From assembly GCA_964019425.1 (NCBI GenBank), contig OZ025782.1, positions 1,116,001-1,180,000 of the forward strand: a DNA stretch of 64,000 nucleotides, in the 5' to 3' direction. The number at the start of each line of letters is the position of its first letter. Position 1 is the first letter of the stretch. The notes beneath the pieces are model-generated. The model searched no databases and was not told where the DNA came from. It worked only from the letters and a program-made list of their open reading frames with translations. The position numbers were made by a program, and so were the translations under genes. This DNA is from Flectonema sp. DT1601 (Eukaryota). Shown in pieces: positions 10,558 through 21,214 of this stretch.

Positions 10558-11871
10558 TTACTGTAGGACACTTCGACTACACTGTATCTTAACATTACAG
10601 ATGAATAGAGGTGAATCAAGAATGCCTAGTCGCCAACCACTTAAAACCATGCAGAAGATTAGGCAAACGTAGAACCAGTTTGAGAAATACACGCTCACTT
10701 CATGTTCTGTTTTTAATTTATCGGAATGATCAACACCAGATATAACAGGAATAACAGCCTTCGCAAAATGAGAAGAAGGATGAATCGGTTCTAAGACATG
10801 AGAAGCCCACACAGTGACAATCTCACCTGCGGAATTGAGAACTGAAGAATGGTCGCTGAATGAATCCGTTTTTCCCACAAATAAGTCACTCGATTTCTGT
10901 ATGTGTTGCGTGTCAAAGAATCGAATATAAATTCCCTTCTCAGCTTCGAAACTCGCAAGAAACGAAACTGCGAAACCAACTCCAGGCATACACACGACTG
11001 CGGTGTTTGCGTCGCTCTGTTTCTTAGAAACTGTCGTCTCTCCGCCCATCAACGTACCCTTGCTATCGAACCCTTGAACTAGTGCTGTTCCATTACTGCT
11101 CCACGATACAAGATATTCACCAGGCATCGCACAGACAGAAAGAGTCCTTGATGATTCAGCATTCTTTATAACATCGAACACATCAGTTGCTGCAACTCCG
11201 CTGCAGCTGTAGGTCCTGCCCTGAATGGACTTGTCCACTTGCCAAACGACAACAAACTCGCAGTTGTCTGAATTCACAGTAACAGATGGCACGATTCCTG
11301 CTGTGGTGGCGGACAAAGTTGCGGACAACTTGGCTCTCGAAATCTCCACAACCACTTCATCCTTCCCTATTGCCTGAGCCTCGCTGTTAAACATCTGAAA
11401 AGCAATACCAGCAGTGTGTTCGTTCTTGAAACCCCACACAACTACAAACCCATCAGTTAATGCTGCTACTCGTGGTCTTAGTCGGTAATCCTCTTGTTCC
11501 CCTACTTTGAAAAGTCCTTTCGTCTTCTGCAAATTATTTGACAACAGCTGACCGAGTGTAACTTCTTTCCCACTCACAGGGTCGGGTACGGAATTCCACA
11601 CCACTATGAAGTGACCAGAATCTAACCTTGCCGCGTCAGGAAACAGAGAATAAGATGCTCTGACACTGTCGTCAAAAACTGTTTCCGATTCGAGCGCATG
11701 GAATTTCGAATCGAGTATCTGAGCTTCTACGTCCAGATCGTATTTAGTCGACACCGTGAGTATGTCACTATTCCGAATTGGAATGATTCTTGTTTCCCAA
11801 AGATTCGGCAACGTCGTCAAAGCTGTGCTCTGGCAGACGCATGCCACTGCGAACAACACTCTAAAAAACAT
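10558..11871 (-). CDS. Predicted type-I membrane protein with ~55-aa 'P.VAAL..GFVVVW' repeats (beta-propeller-like), paralog 1
   Basis: Start re-assigned to MFFRVLFAVACVCQSTA (signal-peptide-like, conserved in the paralogs), just after a pyrimidine tract-CAG. Repeated FIVVW/FVVVW/YLVSW/IVTVW motifs and a C-terminal hydrophobic helix. Confidence 0.85.
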   Translation of the reverse strand: MFFRVLFAVACVCQSTALTTLPNLWETRIIPIRNSDILTVSTKYDLDVEAQILDSKFHALESETVFDDSVRASYSLFPDAARLDSGHFIVVWNSVPDPVSGKEVTLGQLLSNNLQKTKGLFKVGEQEDYRLRPRVAALTDGFVVVWGFKNEHTAGIAFQMFNSEAQAIGKDEVVVEISRAKLSATLSATTAGIVPSVTVNSDNCEFVVVWQVDKSIQGRTYSCSGVAATDVFDVIKNAESSRTLSVCAMPGEYLVSWSSNGTALVQGFDSKGTLMGGETTVSKKQSDANTAVVCMPGVGFAVSFLASFEAEKGIYIRFFDTQHIQKSSDLFVGKTDSFSDHSSVLNSAGEIVTVWASHVLEPIHPSSHFAKAVIPVISGVDHSDKLKTEHEVSVYFSNWFYVCLIFCMVLSGWRLGILDSPLFICNVKIQCSRSVLQ

Positions 11872-11880
11872 AATAAGATG

Positions 11881-11900
11881 CTGTGAGAATGAGGAGAACA
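11881..11900 (-). promoter_or_regulatory. Pyrimidine tract + AG, putative (trans-)splice acceptor
   Basis: ttctcctcattctcacag lies 9 nt before the ATG. The identical sequence precedes paralog 2 at ~18275-18292. Confidence 0.55.
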
Positions 11901-12564
11901 ATAAAACCAAAATTAAACATTTGATACAAAAATAGTTGAGAACGCAAGGCTTCTCTGTCTTCATGTCTTTGCATATAACTGATTGAAATAAAATATTTAG
12001 TGAGCTTGTCGTGTAAGCAAGAGTACCTTAGAGGGGGGTATTCGCATCAACAGGGAGCATTAGCTTCAGCTTTGAGAGAAAAGAAAAAGAGAAGAACAAT
12101 TATGATTGACGTCTACATAACTTGTAATTTTATAGGACATAACTATGAAGCGAGGAGTCGAATAAAAAAATTAATCTTGTCGACTCATGTTCGAGATACG
12201 GCTGTTTGGTACGTTTAGCCGTTAAAACAAAATTGATCGTGCAGGAAAAGAAGTAAGTCTCTACAAGATCGTTCGAATTATTTCGCCAATGCTTTCTGAG
12301 ATATACCGTGTTTATGTTTTCCACAGAAGAAAAAAAAAAAAAAAAAAAAAACATAAATAGTATCTAATCTCAAACCGCGTTTTCTTTTTTTTCTTTTTTT
12401 TCCCCCCCCACTTTTCTTTCTTTTTTTCTTAGGGGCGAATACCATCAAACAAAAGGGGGAGCCTTTTCAGAGGGCAGTCAATCACCCACCCATCCCCACG
12501 ACAGAATAATTCTCCAGTAGTATTTTATCTTATTCAATAGTAAGTAAAGCTAGTATTAGAAAAC

Positions 12565-12723
12565 GTCAATCAATAAGAAAAAGTTGTAAGGATTTCAAAC
12601 AAGTAATGGTTGGGTTCGGGTTTAAAAAAAAATTAAAAAAATCTTTCTTCGGACCATTCCTCTTCAGCCAAGAAAGTAAGGGACGCTGCAGAGTCAGGCC
12701 CCGTCCTACTCATCGCATTTGCC
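12565..12723 (-). mobile_element. Family C short repeat/retroposon
   Basis: Similar to 3512-3691 with the same 5' end. Confidence 0.6.
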
Positions 12724-15030
12724 CTTCTCAGCAAAGGGACCATCGCAAATATAGTTAGTTAGCAAGCCCGCACCCGATGACTGCAGGGTCTGTGTGACCC
12801 GCATCAGTAGGGGAAAGAAAAGACCCGCACCTAATCACGGATGCTGTGTTTTTTTTTTTGTAAGAGACGAACAGGTTTAAAACCAAAAGAAACGGGAAAA
12901 GAAATGATCAGGGGGAGAGGGTGGTAATAAACAGGGGAACTTCTTTCTATTTCATTCATAAATTCTTTCTTCAATGATATAATTACTATGTGTTCAATGT
13001 CGCTAAAGAAAAGTAAAAAAATACCTGGAACATGACCAGGCCGTCCACCCCTAATCACCCTTAGCATTAATAGTAAGGGGCTGAAGGCTTTGAAAAAAAT
13101 AACCACAAAAATTGGGTAACACGAATAACTGTAATAAAAAAGGAAGTTCAACTGAGACAGTCAGTTTTCGGTCTCAGGCTGCTCTGGACCAAATAAAGGG
13201 CAAAAAAAAACCGCACGCGGAAAAACAATGGAAAAAAAAAAAAAAAAAATGGCTAACCATAAGAGAAAAAGAACAAAAATATCAAAGCCGGAACCCATTC
13301 ATCCCACCAACCCAGGGCGGTTCAAAATAAAAAAAGGAGAGAAAATTAACAGAAGCCTCGTCCCAAGGTGGGTGTAAAAAGACTTCACAAAGTGTTCACT
13401 AGAATCTCTGCTGACGCAAAGCGCTTTATCCTTTTTTTCTACAAATGTACCATAAACCAGAATGTCGGATTTTGTGGTTGCGTTTCAAATACTCTTTCCG
13501 CCGAATGATAAAAACAATGGACCGATGTAATCGACTTCAACAGTCCGATCCCTCGTTTTTATCGTGCTTGCCACTTGTTGCTGGTTAGAGTTCAATTACT
13601 AAACTTATATAAGGGTATGTGGAGTGTATGGCAGAATAGAGAGTCTATCGCGAAGTTCAGAACGATTTTAACATTGGCAGTCAAGGAAAAGACCCCTCTC
13701 TCCCACTTTAACTGCCCTGGCTGTTCAATAATGCTATCGGTGTTGGAATATAGTTTTCGAATTTGAATCTGGTGATAATAATTAGAGAGCCATGCAGGTC
13801 ACCTATCTTAATGCCGCTAACACAAAAGGTCATCAGCATAGATAATGTGAAATTCTCTCTGGAGAAGTCAAGTCAAGAAGACTTGCCTTGAAGAAAAAAC
13901 CTTTGTCAGACAAACTGTAGCCGCACAACGTGAGATTCTCACTAGCGACGAAAAGCTTATCGGTTTATATAGTACTATTTTTATTTTTCTTTTAATTTTC
14001 CTTGTACCTACAACCAATCGTTCGGTAGAAAGAGAAATAAATCGGTTGCGCACAAAAGAAAATATACAAATGATTGCTACTAGATATCCTTGTGAACCCT
14101 TTGCGGTTGTGCACACAAACAAAAGTGAGTAAAAAAAGTAAAAAAAAATGAAGTTTTGTCGATCTTTTTTTTTTTTGCTACCAGACTCCAGACTCCAGCG
14201 ACCAGCGACCAGAGGTAACACAAAATCTTAGAAAGAACTACCGTTACAACAGAAAAAAAAAAAAAAAAAGAAAAATAAAAAGTATTGATAGTTTACACGT
14301 CACAAAGAAAAGGTTCTGTTTGCTTGTTGAAAAAAGGTTAAAAAGGGTAACATGGTAGTCTCTTCAATAAAGATAAGGGGAAAACCATAATTCCACACAA
14401 AATTTTATGAAATTGACAGCCGCTTCTTTTTCTCCCAAAGCTTTTACCCTCCTACCCGCTGTGGGTGGAATACTCTTAGAATTGTTAGTTTTTTTTTTTT
14501 TTTTTTTTTTTTGCTGTCTATTTCGAAAACTTTTGTGTGTGGAGCTGTCCGTTTCGGAAAGGTTGTTGAGATCCGACAAATCAAACACTTGCGTGGAATC
14601 AAGTTTCCCCTAAAAGACTATATTTCTATCAATTTCCATAAAAAAAAACCAGCTCAACAATAAAAAACAACGAAGGGTATAATTTGATACTTTCTTAAGG
14701 GGGCTTCAAACACGATGTAAAACCAGTAATGACTAGGGGCATTCGTATTGGGGAGGGGAAGGGTACTTGATAGATGAATTGCTTATTTTATATTTTTTTT
14801 TGTTTTCCATATTTCTTAATGTCCTTAATCGGGGAACAATAGATCCCTAAACATAACGGGATGTATGAAAATTTGGGGAAGGTGAGGGAAATTTTGGGAA
14901 AGTGAAGCCTTTACAAAGAATGGCAAAAAAAAAAAAAAAAACACGCAACTAATGGCCACAAGGGAACACATCCTCGAAAATCGAGTAAACGCAGAATACA
15001 CATCGAGTTACTTCCGTCAGAATACTATTA

Positions 15031-15202
15031 CTTATTTATATTTATTTATTTATTTATTTACGAAGCTTAGGATCCAAAAGCCAGGAAAAAGCTCAACAGG
15101 GTAACAGTTGAGTCGCTACCAGCAACCGTGAGACTCTCACAGACGATAAAAGACGTAGAATGAACTACCTAAACCCACCGCCCACGCGAGCAGACAGTGT
15201 TA
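15031..15202 (-). mobile_element. Family A retroposon
   Basis: Long (ttta)n tail plus family A body ending cgagcagacagtgtta. Confidence 0.8.
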
Positions 15203-15636
15203 CTAATAAAAAGTATTTCTTGTGACAAGTTAAATCTGCCAGAGTTTGTGGTTGGAAAGAATTGTGAGAGCGGGGTGTGCTTCCGCTCAACAATAGCAAG
15301 GGAACCATATGAAATCCACCGAGGTAAGGGGTATGTGAACTAGAAAAGGAAACAACAGCGTCCTCGACAATAGTAATATGAATTTCCTTACTCAAGAGAG
15401 AATGAAAGTTAAACACCTGTACGACGCTGCTGTATTTCTAGAACAATACTCCCCAAGAAAGCAATCGATTGAAAAAAACATTTGAGACAATACAAAAAAG
15501 GGGGGGGGGTTTTTTTTTGGAAGGATACAGAAACAAGTCCCCCAATTAATATGAGACTGAGGAACCAAGATTTTAAAAAAAAAAAAGAAGAAAACAACAA
15601 CAACACAGAGTTAAAATATTAGTTTATAATAAGATT

Positions 15637-15795
15637 GCAGCCTTAATCTTATACTACTTGTCCCTCTTTAGGTCTTCATCAGTAAGTTCTGAGTGACTCC
15701 ATACCAGTTTATTAATAAATCGGATTTATTAATTGTCATTTCAAAGAAATAATTTCTTAATGTCCTTCGGAGCTTGCCGGGACGAGGCTAGTACA
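15637..15795. repeat. Family D dispersed repeat
   Basis: Similar to 3808-3918. Confidence 0.6.
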
Positions 15796-16972
15796 TATCA
15801 GTCATTGTCAAAAGTACCGAACACAAATGGCTTATTTTACCCCAGCTATGGATTTTCTTTTGCCCGATTTTTATTTATTTGATCCAGACCTGGGTCAATC
15901 TACCAAAACATGCCCTCAGATTACTTAACTTGTGAATTTCTTGATCCCCGTTGGGCACAAATAGAATGCTCTCAACTCCCCCAAAGTTTAAATCTATCAT
16001 CGAGAGTGAAATTACTGGTCCCCCTTATTTTATGCTATGCCATCACAGCAGCGGTCAAGTTTCTACCTGGATGGCTTGTCGTGTGAGACTTGCATCAAAG
16101 GTCGCCCGGTCTGTAAGGAAGTACGATACGACAAGTGAGATCACAAATGCCAAATCCCTCTACGAAGTTGCCAAAAAGTGTATGAAACTTAGCAGAACTT
16201 CTGAAGACTGTAACTATGAGGGATGTTACACACACCAGGATCAGGTTGCTTTAATATTGTTGCGTTTAATCCGCAAGACTGACAAAGACAAAAACCCCAG
16301 TGAGGTTCATCAGACGACTCATCAGAAGCCACGTAATCTTCTCTTTCAGACTCGTCAGAATCTTCGTCCAGTTTAGAATCATTGTAAACGTGTGTTGTTG
16401 TTGCTTTGTATACGTGCGTGTTGTTGCATTTGCTCCGGCTACTCATTAGTCTTTTCTAAGGTCTTGTTTTTTTTTTTTTTTTTTTGTACCGACGAAAATA
16501 TAAGGCTAATCCGAATGATTTTTGAAATTAAGGTACCCCAATTCCCTCAAACCAGTAATCCGTTTTTTTATAATTTTCATCACTAAATCAAATTACTGAA
16601 AAAATGAAATTACGATCCCACCCGTGATGGTGGGATGCTCATATTCATTCCCCCTACTTCGGTGGAATGATCTAGAACGCGTCCAAGATCTGATTTGTAA
16701 GCATTTTCTTGTCTTTTTTTTTCCCCCGGGGTGTGTGTGTGTTGTTTTTTTTGGTCGGTAATTTTGAGAAATGACTGATATATATATAAAAAAAAGAAAC
16801 AAACACAGAGTTGACATAATAAAAAAACGATAAAAAAAGAAACAAAAAATGAAGACTGACAGTACATATCCGATAAGATAAGATTTACTCACACCAGCCA
16901 ATTTTGCTTAGCAAGATTGTCTATTTCGATCTGTAAGAATTAGAAGCCGATTCCTTGAGGCGTCTGTTGTAG

Positions 16973-18265
16973 CTATACTTTTGAATAATTCTTATTATTA
17001 CCACCAACTTTACTTGAACAACAGAAGTTTTTCGCACTAGCAATGAAAAGAATACAAAAAACAAGAAAACCATAGATCCAGTTCGGAACTACCGCATTCG
17101 CATCCAATGCAACATTACGGTTTGCCCTCCTTGGACGTTCAATAGGGACAGTAAGATTTACAATACGAGAAAAGGGATGAGTTGGTTCCGAAACGTGAGA
17201 ATCCCACACAGTGACAACCTCACCTTCGGAATTGAGAGACGAAGAATGGTCTCCAAAAGAATAAGTGTTTCCTATTAATAAGTCAACCGTTTTTCGTCTG
17301 TAATGCTCATCAAAAAATCGAATATAAATTCCCTTATCAGCTTCTTTCAACCCAGCGCTCGAAAGAAACGAAACTGCGAAACCAACTTCAGGGATACACA
17401 CGACTGCGGTATTTGCGTCACTCTGTTTCTGAGAAACCGTCGTCTCTCCGCTCGTCAACGTACCCCTGCTATCGAACCCTTGAACTAGTGCTGCTCCATT
17501 ACTGCTCCACGATACAAGATACTCACCAGGCATCGCACAGACAGAAAGAGTCCTTGCTGATTCAGCTTTTCCTGTAATTTCGAACACATCAGTTTCTACT
17601 TCTCCAGTTTTAGTATATGTCCTGCCTTGGATGAACTTTTCGATTTGCCAAACGACAACAAATTCATTTCTATCTAAACTCACAGCAATAGATGGCACGA
17701 TTCCTGTTGTGTAAGTGAAGGAAGCTGCAGACAACTTGGCTCTCGAAATCTCCACAACTACTTTTTCCTCTCCTACTGGCTGAGCTTCTTCGTTAAACAT
17801 TTGAAAAGCAACACCAGTACCAATATCATCTCTGTAACCCCAGACAACAACAAACCCACCTGGAGTTGCTACTACTCTTGGTCTTAGTTGGGAGTGACTC
17901 TGTTCCCCAATTTTGAAAACATTGTCGACGTTGTTCAAATCATTTGTCATAAGTTGACCGAATGTAAGCTGCGGAATGAGCACAGCACCCCACACGACTA
18001 TGTAACCACCGGAATCTAACTTTGCTGCGTCAGGGTACAGAGAAACACCTGCTAGGTCACTGTCATTAAATACTGTTTCCGATTCTATTGATTTGAAAGT
18101 AGGATCGAGTATCTGCGTTAATACCTCCAGAGAGTTCCTAGTCGACACCGTGAGTATCTCACGATTCTGAATTGGAACAATTTTTGTTTCCCAAAGGTCT
18201 GGCAACGTCGTCATAGCAGTGCTCTGGCAAACACATGCCACTGCGAACAACACTTTAAAAAACAT
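16973..18265 (-). CDS. Predicted type-I membrane protein with FVVVW repeats, paralog 2
   Basis: High similarity to paralogs 1 and 3. Start MFFKVLFAVACVCQSTA; C-terminal TM WIYGFLVFCILFIASA. Confidence 0.85.
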   Translation of the reverse strand: MFFKVLFAVACVCQSTAMTTLPDLWETKIVPIQNREILTVSTRNSLEVLTQILDPTFKSIESETVFNDSDLAGVSLYPDAAKLDSGGYIVVWGAVLIPQLTFGQLMTNDLNNVDNVFKIGEQSHSQLRPRVVATPGGFVVVWGYRDDIGTGVAFQMFNEEAQPVGEEKVVVEISRAKLSAASFTYTTGIVPSIAVSLDRNEFVVVWQIEKFIQGRTYTKTGEVETDVFEITGKAESARTLSVCAMPGEYLVSWSSNGAALVQGFDSRGTLTSGETTVSQKQSDANTAVVCIPEVGFAVSFLSSAGLKEADKGIYIRFFDEHYRRKTVDLLIGNTYSFGDHSSSLNSEGEVVTVWDSHVSEPTHPFSRIVNLTVPIERPRRANRNVALDANAVVPNWIYGFLVFCILFIASAKNFCCSSKVGGNNKNYSKV

Positions 18266-19844
18266 AATAAGATGCTGTGAGAATGAGGAGAATAATAAAA
18301 CATTCGACACAAAAATAGTTCAACCGAATCATTCACAAGTTTTCTTTTTTTGTAAAACACAAAGCGCACAAGCTGACAACTTTCGAGATACTTACACAGA
18401 GATCTGAGGAAAGGGTAATAAGAAATCATAACCGCTGCTGTCAACGTGCATCGCGTGCACCAAAAGGAATTGGCTTTAGCGTATTGTTTGATACAGAAAA
18501 TAATAATATAACACTTGTTGATGATCGTGAACCGACTCAAACTGATAAAGCTAAAGGAGGTTTACCTGTGCTGCGCAACACTTCTTTTTTTTTTTTTTTC
18601 GTTCTGAAGCCCGTCAAACCCGTTCTTTTCGGGATAAAATTATTTATCGTAACCGCCAGCATCTAATCAAAATGTTCTATGATTTCTTGGTCAATGTTAC
18701 GTAAAGTGAAATCCGTGTGTTGCACTGGTTGAGTGCTTCAAACTCATGCAATCAAGAGCTCACTATGCAGAATTTTCTATAGGCTTCGACTTAACAAATT
18801 CCGGGTTGATTTTTTTTTTTTTTCCACACCCGAAATTTCATAGCAAGTCAACGTCTGTGGGTGCACCCTGGGTGGATATACAAACTCCGTACATAAATAC
18901 TAGAGGACTAGCAACACGAAGATTATACTTTAGAATCCGCTGAGTCCAAGGCTCACACCCGACTCAAGAACCTGTATCTGTATCAGACGCAAGAACCTGC
19001 GCGGATACTCCACCCGAGAAACGTGCCGCGATAGAAATTCTCGTATCGTTTGTTGCCATTGTTGGAGAATGAATCTCAAAAAAGGGTCATCAAGGAACCA
19101 GATTTCAATCAAGAAAAAAACCAATTATGAAAAAGTTACCGCAAAAAAGAGTGAGCGTGTTGACGACCGTCATGCTCTCGCTGTTGTTTTTTTAGGTCCA
19201 GAGAGTCATATATTCATGAAGGAAATATTCCGCATTATTTTGGATTCGGCATCTCATATTCTGCGTCTATTTCGATGAATCACCCCACAAATTTCTTCTG
19301 AGTATCGTTTTCATTGACAGAATTTGGTCACAGGTGCTGAAATCCTTGTTCCAACACGAAGCAGCAGTGGCGTAGTTGAATGCAGAAAAAAGAAAAAAAA
19401 AAGAAAGCACGTTTGTTTCACTTAAGTGCAAACTGATAATACTAATACTAATAAGGAACAGGAAAGTCACGCTGTCCCAATTTTTTCTCTGCAAGAACGC
19501 GCAGATTACTTTGAGCGCCTTTCTCAGGTACAGAGTCAATATTGGTAACGGTCTACGTGTCATACTTCAGAGTTCTCTACAGAAACAGTCACTACAATCG
19601 CTTGTAACTACTGATGACCAGGAATTTTAATATCAATTTCATCATCGATTTTCCCGGTTTGTAAGACAACAAAAAAAAAAAAAAAAAATTTGAAAATTGA
19701 TTTTAAAAAAATAGAAACTGATAACATTAGCAAAGAAAACAATAACAAAGGCATTCAGATGGACAATGTGTCATTCAAAAAAACATTCTTCCTTGATTCC
19801 TATTTAAGCAATCTCGTTGACGACTAATCCTTCAGCTGATAACA

Positions 19845-21092
19845 TCAATTCTGGGAGAGACAAAACCTTCGACTGAAAATCACAATAATACAAATAAAAA
19901 GACAACCATAAGCCCATTTCAAAGAACTTTCATTCAACTTATAATAAGAAAAGTTGCTAACTTTCTTTGGACGCTCAGCAGGGGCAGCAAAGCTTACAAT
20001 GTGAGAAGAAGGATGAGTTGGTTCCGTAACATGAGAGTCCCACACAGTGACAATCTCACCTGCGGAATTGAGAACTGAAGAATGGTCGCTGAATGAATCG
20101 GTTTTTCCTACAAATAAGTCACGCGATTTCCGCCTGTGTTGCGTGTCAAAGAATCGAATATAAATTCCCCGCTCTTCTTCGACGCTCGCAAGAAACGAAA
20201 CTGCGAAACCAACTCCAGGCATACACACGACTGCGGTGTTTGCGTCACTCTGTTTCTTAGAAACTGTCGACACTCCGCCCATCAACGTACCCTTGCTATC
20301 GAACCCTTGAACCAGTGCTTCTCCATTACTGGTCCACGAAAGAACATACTCATCAGGCATCGCACAGACAGAAAGAGTCCTTGATGATTCAGCATCCTTT
20401 ACAACATCAAACACTTTTGTTACTTCAGCTCCAGTGTTTGTATACGTCCTGCCTTGGATGAACTTTTCGATTTGCCAAATGACAACAAATTCACTTCTAT
20501 CTAAACTCACAGCAATAGATGGCACAATTCCTGTTGTGTAGGCGAAGGAAGCTGCAGACAACATGGATCTCGAAATTACAGTAATTACTTTTTCCTCTCC
20601 TATTTGAAGAGCGTCGTCGTTATAAATTTGAAAAGCAACACCAGTACCAAGATCATCTCTGAAACCCCAGACAACAACAAATCCATCCGGTAATGTTACT
20701 ACTCGTGGTCTTAGTTGGGAACGACCCTGTTCCCCAATTTTGAAAACAGCTTCTCTATTGTTCAAATTGTTTGTCATAAGCTGACCGAATGTAAGCTGCG
20801 GAATAAGCACAGCACCCCACACGACTATGTAACCACCGGAATCTAATTTTGCTGCGTCAGGGTACAGAGAAACACCTGCGACGTCACTGTCATTAAATAC
20901 TGATTCCGATTCCATCAGGTTCAAAACTGGATCGAGTATCTGCGTTATTATCTCCAGAGAGTTCCTAGTCGACACCGTCAGTATCTCACTATTACGAATT
21001 GGAATGATTCTTGTTTCCCAAATATCAGGCAACGTCGTCAAAGCAGTGCTCTGGCAAACACATGCCACTGCGAACAACACTCTAAGAATCAT
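19845..21092 (-). CDS. Predicted type-I membrane protein with FVVVW repeats, paralog 3
   Basis: Start MILRVLFAVACVCQSTA; C-terminal TM WAYGCLFICIIVIF. Confidence 0.85.
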   Translation of the reverse strand: MILRVLFAVACVCQSTALTTLPDIWETRIIPIRNSEILTVSTRNSLEIITQILDPVLNLMESESVFNDSDVAGVSLYPDAAKLDSGGYIVVWGAVLIPQLTFGQLMTNNLNNREAVFKIGEQGRSQLRPRVVTLPDGFVVVWGFRDDLGTGVAFQIYNDDALQIGEEKVITVISRSMLSAASFAYTTGIVPSIAVSLDRSEFVVIWQIEKFIQGRTYTNTGAEVTKVFDVVKDAESSRTLSVCAMPDEYVLSWTSNGEALVQGFDSKGTLMGGVSTVSKKQSDANTAVVCMPGVGFAVSFLASVEEERGIYIRFFDTQHRRKSRDLFVGKTDSFSDHSSVLNSAGEIVTVWDSHVTEPTHPSSHIVSFAAPAERPKKVSNFSYYKLNESSLKWAYGCLFICIIVIFSRRFCLSQN

Positions 21093-21154
21093 TTTTGTAC
21101 AAATACTGTAAGAACAGATAAATATCCTACTTGCTAAACAATTCACATTTCAAT

Positions 21155-21214
21155 CTATACAACACGGCTCGCAGCGCAGCAAAGGGCCGCGAGCAGTGCA
21201 ACTGCCCTGTGCAT
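21155..21214 (-). pseudogene. 5' stub of a fifth astacin copy (MHRAVALLAALCCAASRVV*)
   Basis: 21165-21214 is identical to the first 50 nt of the astacin CDS, then diverges and stops after 19 codons. Confidence 0.8.

Noticed and set aside
15712..15734. Inverted repeat attaataaat-cgg-atttattaat
   Set aside because: Short and AT-only; likely by chance in this composition.
4200..16901. Numerous short F/K-rich ORFs in intergenic DNA
   Set aside because: They derive from poly-A/T tracts and interspersed repeats.
18900..19630. Coding-like stretch between paralogs 2 and 3 (similar stretches at ~7100-7330 and ~47700-47930)
   Set aside because: Fragmented frames with no recognisable motifs. Possibly decayed elements, but unsupported.
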